64,000 nt of DNA from Prevotella sp. (GCA_031285625.1 JAITVV010000093.1:96001-160000), one strand, 5' to 3'. Numbered from the stretch's first letter, positions 9,626 through 20,533 are shown. The notes: generated by a model not told the origin, from the letters alone. Numbers and translations are program-made.

Positions 9626-10321
9626 GTGATAAGGATAAAAGATTTAAACAAAACTTATTGGGGAATATCACCACTACATGTCTTGAAAGGAATCAATATG
9701 GAAGTAGAAAGAGGAGAGTTGGTGTCTATCATGGGGGCCTCGGGTTCTGGAAAATCGACTCTTCTTAATATCTTAGGTATTTTGGATACATATGATACCG
9801 GAGAATACTATTTGGATGATGTTCTTATTAAGAACTTAAGTGAAACAAAAGCAGCCGAATTAAGAAATAAAAAAATAGGATTTATATTTCAGTCATTCAA
9901 TCTGATAAGCTTCAAAAATGCTTTGGAGAATGTAGCGCTTCCTTTATACTATCAGGGCGTTTCCCGCAAAAAGCGAAATGTGATCGCCATGGAGTATCTT
10001 GAAAAAATGGGATTAGCAAGTCATGCAAACCATATGCCGAATGAATTATCGGGAGGACAAAAACAACGTGTTGCTATTGCGAGAGCATTGATCGCACAAC
10101 CTCAGATAATACTCGCCGACGAACCTACTGGAGCATTAGATAGTAAAACATCCAGAGATGTTATGGAATTACTTCGCCAGATTAACACAGATGATGGTAT
10201 AACGATGTTGGTTGTTACACATGAGCAAGCTGTTGCAGACGCTACAGATCGTGTGATTCATATTAAAGATGGTGTTATTGGTTCTATAGAAGTAAATGAA
10301 AACCCTGTAATAGCAATGTAA
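9626..10321 (+). CDS. ABC transporter ATP-binding protein (MacB/LolD type)
   Basis: GASGSGKS, LSGGQ, ILADEPTGALD, VTH. Confidence 0.95.
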   Translation: MIRIKDLNKTYWGISPLHVLKGINMEVERGELVSIMGASGSGKSTLLNILGILDTYDTGEYYLDDVLIKNLSETKAAELRNKKIGFIFQSFNLISFKNALENVALPLYYQGVSRKKRNVIAMEYLEKMGLASHANHMPNELSGGQKQRVAIARALIAQPQIILADEPTGALDSKTSRDVMELLRQINTDDGITMLVVTHEQAVADATDRVIHIKDGVIGSIEVNENPVIAM

Positions 10322-10322
10322 T

Positions 10323-11576
10323 ATGTTTGATTTCGATTCATTACGCGAAATATTCTCTACTATCAGTAAAAACAAGTTACGAACTTTTCTTACCAGTTTT
10401 GCGGTTGCCTGGGGTATATTTATGCTTATTATTTTACTTGCGGCAGGTAATGGACTTAGAAATGGGGTTACATCAAACTTTGCACGAAGAGCTCAAAATT
10501 CGGTTACCTTATGGCCAGGATGGACTTCTATGCCATACAATGGGCTTCCTTCCGACCGGCAGATTAAATTTGACCACAAAGACTATGATCTCATAAGAAA
10601 TAAAATACCTGAAGTAGAATATGTTTCTGTAAGACTAAGTCAAAGAGCTACCCTCTCATATGAAAAAGAATATGGATCGTGGAATCTTGAAGGAGTTTCT
10701 CAGGATGCAACCTATATCAATAACCTGAAGGTCGCTAATGGGAATGGGCGCTTTCTGAATAAAATGGATATTGACAACAGGCGTAAAGTAATTGTGATAA
10801 GCCCTGACATGAAAAAAGTATTATTTAAAGATCAGGATCCAATTGATAAATATGTTGTAGCTGATAATAATATAGCTTACCAGATTATTGGTGTATATGA
10901 TAATGAAGATATATATGACAACAATCCCCCTGCATATATTCCGTTCACTACAGCACAAATGCTATATAATAAGGGATACGGATTCAGACGGATAGACTTT
11001 ACAGTCGTTGGATTAAAGACAAAGGAAGCTAACGAGAAATTTGTAGAGAGTATAAGACAGAGAATGGGCAAATTGCATAGTTTCGATCCAAGTGACAGGT
11101 CTGCTTTATATGTACGAAATACCGCAGAAGACATGCTTGAATCAGAAAATATATTCTCTACTATAACTTTTTTCATAATTATAGTTGGTGCAGCATCACT
11201 GATGGCTGGTATTGTCGGGGTAGGTAATATAATGCTTATTACAGTAAAAGAACGCACACGGGAAATAGGTATAAGGAAAGCAATTGGAGCCACACCCTTT
11301 TCGGTATTGAAACTTATCATATTTGAAGCTATTATGATTACAACTGCTGCCGGCTATATAGGTATGGTTTTGGGTATAGGTCTAACTGAATTAATCAGTA
11401 CTGCCATGGAAAATTCGCCATCAGACGGGCCTTCCGTATTTCAAAATCCGACAGTTGATTTAGCAACAGTAATATGGTCAACCTTAGCATTGATAATTGC
11501 CGGAACTGTAGCGGGTCTTATACCAGCTCTTAAAGCTACCAGAGTTAGTCCTATTGAGGCCATGAGAGCCGAATAA
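10323..11576 (+). CDS. MacB/FtsX-like ABC permease
   Basis: NKLRTFLT TM1, periplasmic domain, VKERTREIGIRKAIGA, terminal PIEAMRAE. Confidence 0.93.
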   Translation: MFDFDSLREIFSTISKNKLRTFLTSFAVAWGIFMLIILLAAGNGLRNGVTSNFARRAQNSVTLWPGWTSMPYNGLPSDRQIKFDHKDYDLIRNKIPEVEYVSVRLSQRATLSYEKEYGSWNLEGVSQDATYINNLKVANGNGRFLNKMDIDNRRKVIVISPDMKKVLFKDQDPIDKYVVADNNIAYQIIGVYDNEDIYDNNPPAYIPFTTAQMLYNKGYGFRRIDFTVVGLKTKEANEKFVESIRQRMGKLHSFDPSDRSALYVRNTAEDMLESENIFSTITFFIIIVGAASLMAGIVGVGNIMLITVKERTREIGIRKAIGATPFSVLKLIIFEAIMITTAAGYIGMVLGIGLTELISTAMENSPSDGPSVFQNPTVDLATVIWSTLALIIAGTVAGLIPALKATRVSPIEAMRAE

Positions 11577-11596
11577 TATAAAAGAAACAGAAAAAT

Positions 11597-12853
11597 ATGT
11601 TTGATTTAGATAATTGGCAGGAAATATGGGCGACAATCACCCGGAATAAGCTTCGAAGCTTTTTGACTGGCTTTGGTGTCTTTTGGGGAATTTTTATGTT
11701 GATCATACTTATTGGGGTCGGCAATGGTTTTCAGGGTGGTATTATGAAGAATGTAAATGGTTTTGCCTCTAATTCATGTTTCTTCTGGACTGATGTTACA
11801 AGTGAACCATATAAAGGATTCAGGAAAGGGCGCTTCTGGTCTATGAATCGTAAAGATGTAACTTTGATCAGGCAAAAAGCACAATCTGTAGAATATATAT
11901 CCCCTGTACTATTTGGTAATAGCGGTGATAAAAATGTAGTGAGAGGCCCTAAATCAGGATCATATGGAACCAGAGGAGTTTATCCTGATCATTTTAAAAT
12001 AGAGCAGCAACATGTACTTCAGGGACGATTATTTAATGAAATAGATATCAGCGAAACCCGCAAAGTATGCGTTATCGGGAGAGAAGTATACGAGACTCTA
12101 TTTCAACCGGGAGAAAATCCCCAGGGGCAATATATTAGAGTCAACGGGATATATTTTCAGGTGATTGGCGTAATACGCCCTAAATCGAATATGTCGATAG
12201 GAGGAGACGTTGAATCCTCGGTATTTATACCGTTTACCACAATGCAGCAAGCATTCAACCAGGGAGATAAGGTTTACTTTATGGCATGTACGGCTAAACC
12301 AGGATATCCCGCATCTATAGTACAGGAAGAAGTAACCAATATTATAAAAACAGCACATGATATATCACCAACTGATGAAAAAGCTGTAGGTAGTTTCAAT
12401 ATAGAAAAACAGTTCCAGATCTTCAATAATTTGTTCATCGGAATAGATGTACTTATCTGGATTGTCGGTCTAGGGGCGCTTATGTCGGGAATTATAGGCA
12501 TTAGTAATATTATGCTGGTTACAGTACGGGAAAGAACCAGGGAAATTGGTGTACGTCGGGCTATTGGGGCTAAACCAATAACTATAGTTAAGCAAATATT
12601 AAGTGAAAGTTTTGTGCTCACAGCTATTGCTGGATTTTTAGGTTTTCTGGTTGGAGTCCTTATTCTTGAAGCCATTCATTCGGCAATGACAGGAAGTATG
12701 GATGAAGATACATTTATGATTCCTCCGTTTGTGTCTTTCGATACAGCTCTGATTGCTATGATAATACTCATTATATCAGGAATATGTGCCGGATTTATGC
12801 CAGCCATGAGAGCATTACGGATAAAAGCTATTGATGCTATTAGAGACGAATAA
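11597..12853 (+). CDS. MacB/FtsX-like ABC permease
   Basis: NKLRSFLT, VRERTREIGVRRAIGA, terminal AIDAIRDE. Confidence 0.93.
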   Translation: MFDLDNWQEIWATITRNKLRSFLTGFGVFWGIFMLIILIGVGNGFQGGIMKNVNGFASNSCFFWTDVTSEPYKGFRKGRFWSMNRKDVTLIRQKAQSVEYISPVLFGNSGDKNVVRGPKSGSYGTRGVYPDHFKIEQQHVLQGRLFNEIDISETRKVCVIGREVYETLFQPGENPQGQYIRVNGIYFQVIGVIRPKSNMSIGGDVESSVFIPFTTMQQAFNQGDKVYFMACTAKPGYPASIVQEEVTNIIKTAHDISPTDEKAVGSFNIEKQFQIFNNLFIGIDVLIWIVGLGALMSGIIGISNIMLVTVRERTREIGVRRAIGAKPITIVKQILSESFVLTAIAGFLGFLVGVLILEAIHSAMTGSMDEDTFMIPPFVSFDTALIAMIILIISGICAGFMPAMRALRIKAIDAIRDE

Positions 12854-12897
12854 GAAAGAAATAAACAAATATAAGATAATTATAAACTAAATATAAT

Positions 12898-14016
12898 ATG
12901 AAAAAGGTTCTTAGAATTGCGCTTATTGCAATCATAGCAATTATTGTAATCGGTACATTCGTTTTTCTTTGGAAAAAATCTCAACCTAAAAAGGTTACCT
13001 ATGAGATTACTACTGTAGAATCCGGGGATATCGAAAATACGACTGTTGCCACAGGGAAAGTATCCCCGCGCGACGAAATCTTGATTAAACCTCAGATTTC
13101 AGGTATCATTTCTGAAGTATTAAAAGAAGCAGGAGATTATGTAAACGAAGGAGACATAATTGCTACTGTGAAAGTAATACCGGAAGTAGCTCAACTTAAC
13201 ACAGCCGAATCGAGGGTAAATGTTGCACGTATTAATCTGAATCAGATCAAGGCAGAATATGACAGACAAAAACAACTTTTCGGAAAAGGAGTAATAGCCA
13301 GAGAAGAAATGGATAAGTCGGAAGCTGATTATAAAAAAGCCGTTGAAGAACTAGATAACTCTAAAGATAATCTGGATATCGTAAAAAGTGGTATTTCCAA
13401 AAAAACAGCACAATATAGTAATACTCAAATCAGGTCTACTATTACAGGTATGATATTAGATGTTCCTGTTAAAGTCGGAAACTCGGTTATTCAGGCTAAT
13501 ACATTCAATGATGGTACTACGATTGCCAGTGTAGCCAACATGAACGATATGATATTTATCGGGAAAGTAGATGAGACAGAAGTAGGCAGAATACATACAA
13601 GTATGCCAATGAAGTTATCTGTTGGGGCTATCGAAAATAAAAAATTCGATGCTACATTGGAATATATAGCTCCAAAAGGAGTGGAAGAAAATGGAGCTAT
13701 ACTATTTGAAATCAAGGCTGCCGCCCGTATTCCAGATACTGTAGTTATACGTGCAGGATACAGTGCAAATGCAGAAATAGTATTAGCTAAAGCAGAAAAA
13801 GTATTAACAATACCTGAAAGTACGATCACATTCAGTAATGATTCTGCATATGTATATATATTAAAGGATTCTCTAAACCATGAACAGACATTTGACAAAA
13901 AACATATTAAAATTGGTCTATCTGATGGCATTAGAGTTGAAGTTAAATCAGGCTTGAGTCAAGGAAACCGAATCAGAGGAAATGAAATTTCGGATAAACC
14001 TAAAGCAGGAAAATAG
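12898..14016 (+). CDS. efflux periplasmic adaptor (MFP, MacA-like)
   Basis: N-terminal TM, lipoyl halves (IKPQISGII, IRSTITGMI) around a coiled-coil hairpin. Confidence 0.92.
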   Translation: MKKVLRIALIAIIAIIVIGTFVFLWKKSQPKKVTYEITTVESGDIENTTVATGKVSPRDEILIKPQISGIISEVLKEAGDYVNEGDIIATVKVIPEVAQLNTAESRVNVARINLNQIKAEYDRQKQLFGKGVIAREEMDKSEADYKKAVEELDNSKDNLDIVKSGISKKTAQYSNTQIRSTITGMILDVPVKVGNSVIQANTFNDGTTIASVANMNDMIFIGKVDETEVGRIHTSMPMKLSVGAIENKKFDATLEYIAPKGVEENGAILFEIKAAARIPDTVVIRAGYSANAEIVLAKAEKVLTIPESTITFSNDSAYVYILKDSLNHEQTFDKKHIKIGLSDGIRVEVKSGLSQGNRIRGNEISDKPKAGK

Positions 14017-14051
14017 GAATAGGAACTATACAATATAATGATATACTTATT

Positions 14052-15842
14052 ATGAAAAAAACGATAATATTCTGCGGCCTGTTATGCTTATGCCTGTCTA
14101 TACAAGCACAAACACAAACAAGAAGGAGAACATATATTGAAAAGGCTAAAGATCCAAGACCGGAACAGGTTCAAAGCCAATCAGCACAAACAGAAGAGCC
14201 TGTTCAACGTGTGACGGTTCAGGTCAAAGAAGAACCTAAAGAAGAATTACCTGCTCAGCCTGTAATAATAAGGAAGGAGCAAGAAGTTTCGACTTCTGCA
14301 GAGGTACTTCCTCAATCAAAGGAAGAGGTTGTACCGGAACAACCAATTATTCAGCAAAAAGAACCTACTCCTGTACAACCTGTAGTAGAAACCAAAAAAG
14401 AACCTGCGATCCCGGTAGAACAACCTAAGGCAGAACCAAAAAGAGAGATACCTAAAACAGTTACACCACCTGTAACTCAAAAAAAGGAAACTCCACTAGT
14501 TCAGCCTGAGCCGGATTATGCTCCAATACAAGAAGCTGTACAGGTAAAAGCACCTCTTTTTGCTCAGGGAACAGGTAAATGGACACTAAGGCAATGTGTA
14601 GATTATGCAGTTGAGAATAATATTGATCTAAGACAACAATTGTTGAAGGTTAAAAATGCAGAAATAGACCTTAGTACCACAAAGAATAGTCGTTTGCCTG
14701 ATTTAACAGCCAGTGTCGGACAAGATTTCAGCTTTGGACGGTCAACATTGGGAGATAATACTTCCCAATCAGTAAATTCAACAAGAACTTCATTTGGAGT
14801 ATCGTCAAGCACACCTATTTTTACGGGATTCAGGATTCCCAACCAAACAAAAGCTGACCAGCTAACTCTATTTTCAGTTACTGAAGGCTTGAAAAAAGCC
14901 AAAGAGAATCTTGAACTACAGGTAGTATCATTGTATCTTGATGTATTATTTAAAAAGGAAATATTAAAAGCATATCAAGAGCAAGTTGAATACAGCTATC
15001 AACAAGTAGAGCGTACTAAAATATTATTTGAATCAGGCAAGATTCCTGCATCTCAGCTTTATGATATAAATGCACAGCTTGCTAAAGATGAATTAAATGT
15101 TACAATGGCAGTCAATGATTTGGATCTGTCTTTATTAAATTTGTCACAAGCTTTAAATTTGCCGCAAACTGAAAATTTTGACATAGAAGAACCAAATCTT
15201 GGTGATGTAATTTATAATAATATTTCAAGTGTAATTCCTCCTGATCAGGTCTATAATTTGGCATTAGGTATAAAACCTCATGTAAAAGAAGCTGAGTATA
15301 AACTTCAGAGTAGTGAAAAATTACTTAAAGTAGCACAATCTGGGTATTGGCCGACATTGAGTCTTGGACTAGGCTATAGTACATCATACAGAACTGTTTC
15401 AGGACAGGATACTCCAAGTTTTGGTAAACAAATAAAGGATTATGGATCGGAGTATATCAGCTTATCTTTAAGTATTCCAATCTTTAACCGTTTTCAAACA
15501 CGTAATCAGGTCCGCAGTGCCCGTTTGAATATTGAAAACGAAACCCTAGCTCTTGATAATGTTAAACTAGCTTTATACAAAGAGATACAGCAAGCATATC
15601 AAAGTGCGACAGCTGCACAAGCAAAATACTCTTCTACAGCTAAGGCTTATGATGCCGCAGATGAGTCATTTAAATATGCGCAGGAGCGCTATGAAATAGG
15701 AAAGTCGACTGTATTTGAATTTAATGAAGCTAAAACAAAGTTATTAACCAGCAGATCTGAACAGATACAAGCAAAATATGACTTCTTATTCAGGAGTAAA
15801 ATTTTAGACTTTTATCAGGGAAAACCAATTGATATAGAGTAA
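14052..15842 (+). CDS. TolC family outer-membrane channel with long Pro/Glu/Gln/Val-rich N-terminal extension
   Basis: TolC domain from KWTLRQCVDYAVENN (residue 176); YWPTLSL, LSIPIFN and ERYEIG motifs. Confidence 0.9.
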   Translation: MKKTIIFCGLLCLCLSIQAQTQTRRRTYIEKAKDPRPEQVQSQSAQTEEPVQRVTVQVKEEPKEELPAQPVIIRKEQEVSTSAEVLPQSKEEVVPEQPIIQQKEPTPVQPVVETKKEPAIPVEQPKAEPKREIPKTVTPPVTQKKETPLVQPEPDYAPIQEAVQVKAPLFAQGTGKWTLRQCVDYAVENNIDLRQQLLKVKNAEIDLSTTKNSRLPDLTASVGQDFSFGRSTLGDNTSQSVNSTRTSFGVSSSTPIFTGFRIPNQTKADQLTLFSVTEGLKKAKENLELQVVSLYLDVLFKKEILKAYQEQVEYSYQQVERTKILFESGKIPASQLYDINAQLAKDELNVTMAVNDLDLSLLNLSQALNLPQTENFDIEEPNLGDVIYNNISSVIPPDQVYNLALGIKPHVKEAEYKLQSSEKLLKVAQSGYWPTLSLGLGYSTSYRTVSGQDTPSFGKQIKDYGSEYISLSLSIPIFNRFQTRNQVRSARLNIENETLALDNVKLALYKEIQQAYQSATAAQAKYSSTAKAYDAADESFKYAQERYEIGKSTVFEFNEAKTKLLTSRSEQIQAKYDFLFRSKILDFYQGKPIDIE

Positions 15843-15870
15843 TAAAAGTTTAGTAGAACCATTTGTAATT

Positions 15871-15909
15871 AAAATCCGTGAATAGCCTGCTATTTCACGG
15901 ATTTTTTTT
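15871..15909 (+). terminator. intrinsic terminator
   Basis: AAAATCCGTGAATAGC-CT-GCTATTTCACGGATTTT followed by a T run. Confidence 0.85.
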
Positions 15910-16027
15910 GCAATAATAACATTTTTCTATAATAGATTATTCCAAATAAATATTATATTTGTATAAAGCATGAAAGCTTTTAATGATAAACAGATACCTC
16001 TAATAAAACATCAAAACATACCACACT

Positions 16028-16603
16028 ATGAAAGAGTTTTTTGCAAGTATGGATGGTGCCCAACAATTCTACTGGTACATAGCCATCGGAGCGAGTGTTA
16101 TTTTCATCATTCAAACTATTATGACCTTTATTGGAGCAGATGCCGACACTGGTGTTGATGCCGATTTTGATGGAAACCTGGATGGTGGTGATTCACCTTT
16201 TCAATTATTCTCTTTAAGGAATCTGATCAATTTTTTATTAGGATTTGGTTGGACAGGAGTATCATTATATAATCTCATTCCTAATAAAATTGTACTGGGA
16301 GTCGTTGCCCTTTTTGTTGGGATTGTGTTTATTGCTATATTTTTCTTCATAATGAGAGCCTTGATGAAACTTTCTGAAGATAATAGCTTTAAGATTGAAG
16401 AAACAATAGGAAAAACCGCAGATGTATACCTCACTATACCGGCAGCCAAAAGTGGAAAAGGCAAAATCTTCATCAGTGTAAAAGGCTCTACACACGAACT
16501 ATCTGCCATAACCGCTGATATGGCGGAGATAAAGAATGGAACACTGGTAAAGGTTATAGGAATAGAAGGGGATATTCTGGTAGTAACACCTTTGAGTTTA
16601 TAA
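16028..16603 (+). CDS. NfeD-like (YqiJ/YuaF type) membrane protein
   Basis: TM segments plus C-terminal OB fold (IGKTADVYLTIP...GKI); upstream of flotillin; TATATTTG -7 element at 15954-15961. Confidence 0.85.
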   Translation: MKEFFASMDGAQQFYWYIAIGASVIFIIQTIMTFIGADADTGVDADFDGNLDGGDSPFQLFSLRNLINFLLGFGWTGVSLYNLIPNKIVLGVVALFVGIVFIAIFFFIMRALMKLSEDNSFKIEETIGKTADVYLTIPAAKSGKGKIFISVKGSTHELSAITADMAEIKNGTLVKVIGIEGDILVVTPLSL

Positions 16604-16630
16604 ACTAATTAAAATTAAGATATAGAAATT

Positions 16631-18208
16631 ATGGAAGGATTATTTGAAGGATACAGTGTTCTTTTTATAGCACTGATCGTTGTTCTTTTTGTTCTTGTTA
16701 TGACGATGGTATCGAGATATAAGCGATGCCCATCTGACAAGATACTAGTTGTATATGGAAAAACGGGAGGCACATCAGCCAAATGTATTCATGGTGGTGG
16801 AGCTTTTATTATCCCGGTTATTCAGGATTTTGCATACCTGGATCTGAAGCCGATATCGATTGAAGCAAACCTCACAAGTGCTTTGAGTAAGCAAAATATT
16901 CGTGTAGATGTACCATGTCGCTTTACAATAGCCATTTCTACCGAAAAAGAGAATATGAATAATGCAGCTGAAAGATTGTTAGGATTAACTACTTCTCAGA
17001 TACAAGAGTTAGCAAAGGATATTCTTTTTGGTCAATTACGTCTGGTAATTGCCACCATGATGATTGAAGAGATTAATTCGGACAGGGATAAATTTCTGGA
17101 TAACATATCTAAGAATGTTGATACAGAGTTACGTAAAATCGGTTTAAAACTGATAAATGTAAATGTAACCGACATTAATGATGAATCAGGTTATATAGAA
17201 GCACTAGGTAAAGAAGCAGCTGCAAAAGCTATAAATGAGGCCAAAGTAAGTGTTGCAGAACAAGAGAAAATAGGAGAAACAGGAAAAGCTGTAGCAGACA
17301 GAATGCGGGATGTTCAGATTGCCGAAACTCATAGAGATAGAGATGTTTCTATTGCTATGGCACAAAAAGACAAAGAAGTTAGCATAGCTGGTGCATTCAG
17401 AGACGAATCTATTGGTAAAGCCGAAGCAGACAGAGATACACGTGTAAAAACTGCAGAAGCAAATGCGATAGCAGTAAAAGGAGAAAATACGGCGAAGATA
17501 GAAATTGCCGGATCGGATGCCTTACGCCGCGAGAAAGAAGCAGAAGCCGCAAGACTGGCTGTAGCTGCAGAGAAGGTGCAACAAGCTAAGGCTCTCGAAG
17601 AAGCTTATGTAGCAGAACAAAAAGCCGAGTTGGCCCGTTCGGAAAGAGAACGCTCTACACAGATTGCCAACGTGGTAGTTCCTGCCGAAATAGAAAAACA
17701 AAAGATGATAATCGAAGCTCAGGCAGTTGCGGAACGAGTAAGAGAACAGGCTAAAGGTGAAGCTGATGCTATATTCGCTAAAATGGATGCAGAAGCCCGC
17801 GGTTTATTCGAAATACTATCAAAACAAGCTGAAGGTTACAAAGGTGTTGTTAATGCCGCCGGAGGTGATCCTGTTGCCGCATACCAATTATTATTGATTG
17901 AAAAATTACCCGAATTGGTTAAAACGCAGGTTGAAGCAATCAAAAACCTTAAGATCGATAAGATTACAGTTTGGGATTCTCCGGGAAGTAATACGAATGG
18001 CAATACCACAACTGCTAACTTTGTATCGGGTCTGATGAAGTCTGTACCACCATTGAATGATTTATTCAATATGGCGGGCATGGCTCTTCCTTCATATCTG
18101 AAAGGCGACGCAGAGAGTGCAGGAGTGACAATACCTTTAGCCCCTACTGTTGAAGATGAAAAAAATTCATCAAAAGGGACACCTAAAGGAAAAGATAAAA
18201 AAGAGTAA
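16631..18208 (+). CDS. flotillin / SPFH domain protein
   Basis: N-terminal TM, SPFH domain (GGGAFIIPVIQ, EEINSDRDKF), long EA/AE-rich coiled coil, IDKITVWD. Confidence 0.93.
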   Translation: MEGLFEGYSVLFIALIVVLFVLVMTMVSRYKRCPSDKILVVYGKTGGTSAKCIHGGGAFIIPVIQDFAYLDLKPISIEANLTSALSKQNIRVDVPCRFTIAISTEKENMNNAAERLLGLTTSQIQELAKDILFGQLRLVIATMMIEEINSDRDKFLDNISKNVDTELRKIGLKLINVNVTDINDESGYIEALGKEAAAKAINEAKVSVAEQEKIGETGKAVADRMRDVQIAETHRDRDVSIAMAQKDKEVSIAGAFRDESIGKAEADRDTRVKTAEANAIAVKGENTAKIEIAGSDALRREKEAEAARLAVAAEKVQQAKALEEAYVAEQKAELARSERERSTQIANVVVPAEIEKQKMIIEAQAVAERVREQAKGEADAIFAKMDAEARGLFEILSKQAEGYKGVVNAAGGDPVAAYQLLLIEKLPELVKTQVEAIKNLKIDKITVWDSPGSNTNGNTTTANFVSGLMKSVPPLNDLFNMAGMALPSYLKGDAESAGVTIPLAPTVEDEKNSSKGTPKGKDKKE

Positions 18209-18236
18209 AGGACAAAACATGTCTTGTGATAAAAGT

Positions 18237-18266
18237 AAAAGCCCGCAAAATATTGCGGGCTTTTTT
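18237..18266. terminator. bidirectional intrinsic terminator
   Basis: AAAAGCCCGCAA-AATA-TTGCGGGCTTTTTT between convergent genes. Confidence 0.88.
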
Positions 18267-18285
18267 ATGGATTATATTAAATCAT

Positions 18286-20499
18286 TTAATCAATGATGAA
18301 GTCATTACCTATGATTTCAAAGGTTTTATCAACTATCGGTAATTGTTTTGCATTAGTTTTTGAAGGAGAAGTTCCGCCAATAGTTATTTTTCTTTTACCA
18401 GCACTAATTTTCAATGTACCATTGTCATCAACAAGTCCTAATTCTCTAGGTGATAAGTTAAATTCTACATTCTTACTTTCACCAGCTTTCAGAGATATTC
18501 TTTCAAAGCCTTTTAATGCTTGTAAAGGTATTTGCCCCTTACTATCAGGATAAGAGATGTAAAGTTGTACAACTTCTTCGCCCTCAGTCTTACCCGCATT
18601 TTTTACATTCACAGATACCTTTACATTATCACCAGCTTTCACACTTGATGGCATTTGTATCGGAGCATATTCAAATTTTGTATAACTCAATCCATATCCG
18701 AAAGGATAAAGAACCTGCCCGTCAAAATAACGATATGTGCGATTTTTCATCTCATAAGAATTGAATGCAGGAAGATCACTATCTTTTTCATAGAATGTAA
18801 CAGGCAATTTTCCGGATGGGTTATAATCTCCAAAAAGAACATCTGCAATAGCGGTTCCTGCATCTTGTCCGCCATACCAAGCATTGAGTATTGCCGGAAT
18901 ATTTTGTGATTCCCATTCAGTTGCAATAGCACTACCTGTCATCATAACAAATACAGTCGGTATATTTTCAGCAGAAAGAGCCTTCATTAAGTCTGTTTGT
19001 ATTTTTGGCAGTTTAATAGATGTTCTGTCACCACCGGTAAATCCTTCTATATTTACAGGCATCTCCTCCCCTTCCAGTTCAGGAGATATACCACCCACAA
19101 AAACAACAATATCATTTCCTTTTAATCGCTTAACCAGAGCAGTAATCTCGTCCTTACTATTGCCTGTTGGCACTACAAAATCAATACCTTTTTCAAATGT
19201 TACTTCAGCATTTTTAAGCTTAGCTTTGATAGCTTCATAAGGTGTTACTATTTCAGTCGGGAATCCGCTATAATTACCCAATACGGATACTTCATTATTT
19301 GCATTAGGGCCAATAACAGCTACTTTCTTTAATTTCTTGCTCAAGGGCAGGAAGTTGTTTTCATTTTTTAATAATACAATTGACTCCCGTGTTATTTTCA
19401 GCGCGAGATCTTTATGCTTTTGAGATTCCAGAACAGATAATCCCAGTTTTGAATATTGTACATTCTCAGCCGGGTCGAACATACCCAACCTGAATCTGAT
19501 ATTAAATAAGCGTTTTAAGGATACGTCAATTTGTGCTTCGCTTATCAATCCGGTGTTTACAGCATCTACAAGCGCCTTGTATGCTTCGTTTCCACAATCG
19601 ATATCTGTTCCATGGAATACAGCATCAGCAGCAGCATATTTTGCATCTGGATGCGTCTTATGATGTCTATAAAAGTCATCTATAGCACCACAGTCGGATG
19701 TTACATATCCTGTAAAATTCCATTTCTCTCTCAATATTTGTTGCATAAGCTGCTCATTACCACAACAAGGTTCTCCGCTATATGCATTATATGCGCACAT
19801 CACACCTGCAACATTTGCATCTTCTACCAAGTCGCGAAAAGCAGGAAGATAAGTATCCCACAAATCATACGTAGTTACAAATGTGTTAAATGTGTGGCGT
19901 GTATTTTCCGGACCGCTATGAACAGCATAGTGTTTTGCACAAGCAGCAGCCTTTAGATATTTAGGATCATCACCCTGTAAGCCGATAACAAATGATTTAC
20001 CTAAAGTTCCTGTAAGAAACGGATCTTCTCCATATGTTTCTTGTCCACGCCCCCAGCGGGGATCACGAAATATATTAACATTAGGCGTCCAATATGTTAA
20101 ACCGTGATATATAGCACGGTTACCTTTCGAAGAAGCATCATTATAAATAGCTCTTCCTTCATCCGAAATAGCTATTGCAACATCTTTCATTAGGTTCTTA
20201 TCCCACGCCGCAGCCATACCTATAGCCTGAGGAAAAACTGTAACTTTATATTCAGTTCGTCCTATACCATGTAGACATTCATTCCACCAATTATAAGATG
20301 GAATTCCTAATCTTTCTATTGCAGGTGCATTATTTAACATCTGCAAAACCTTCTCTTCTAATGTTAATTTTGACACTAAGTCGGAGACTCGTTCTTCAAT
20401 TGGCAAGTTCGGATTTTGGAAAGGATAATTTTGTCCAAGTAGTGGAAAACAGCAGGATACGTTAATAAAAATAAACAGGGCTAGTTTCAGTTTTTTCAT
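18286..20499 (-). CDS. GH3 glycoside hydrolase (beta-xylosidase/beta-glucosidase), secreted
   Basis: WWNECLHG, RDPRWGRGQETYGEDP, KHY, nucleophile SDC, C-terminal Fn3-like domain, signal peptide. Confidence 0.95.
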   Translation of the reverse strand: MKKLKLALFIFINVSCCFPLLGQNYPFQNPNLPIEERVSDLVSKLTLEEKVLQMLNNAPAIERLGIPSYNWWNECLHGIGRTEYKVTVFPQAIGMAAAWDKNLMKDVAIAISDEGRAIYNDASSKGNRAIYHGLTYWTPNVNIFRDPRWGRGQETYGEDPFLTGTLGKSFVIGLQGDDPKYLKAAACAKHYAVHSGPENTRHTFNTFVTTYDLWDTYLPAFRDLVEDANVAGVMCAYNAYSGEPCCGNEQLMQQILREKWNFTGYVTSDCGAIDDFYRHHKTHPDAKYAAADAVFHGTDIDCGNEAYKALVDAVNTGLISEAQIDVSLKRLFNIRFRLGMFDPAENVQYSKLGLSVLESQKHKDLALKITRESIVLLKNENNFLPLSKKLKKVAVIGPNANNEVSVLGNYSGFPTEIVTPYEAIKAKLKNAEVTFEKGIDFVVPTGNSKDEITALVKRLKGNDIVVFVGGISPELEGEEMPVNIEGFTGGDRTSIKLPKIQTDLMKALSAENIPTVFVMMTGSAIATEWESQNIPAILNAWYGGQDAGTAIADVLFGDYNPSGKLPVTFYEKDSDLPAFNSYEMKNRTYRYFDGQVLYPFGYGLSYTKFEYAPIQMPSSVKAGDNVKVSVNVKNAGKTEGEEVVQLYISYPDSKGQIPLQALKGFERISLKAGESKNVEFNLSPRELGLVDDNGTLKISAGKRKITIGGTSPSKTNAKQLPIVDKTFEIIGNDFIID

Positions 20500-20533
20500 G
20501 ATTAGTTTTGATTCTGAATATTAAAAAATATAC

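Noticed and set aside
14109-14576. DNA tandem repeat or VNTR in the TolC extension
   Set aside because: Similarity is only compositional at protein level; no exact nucleotide repeat unit is visible.
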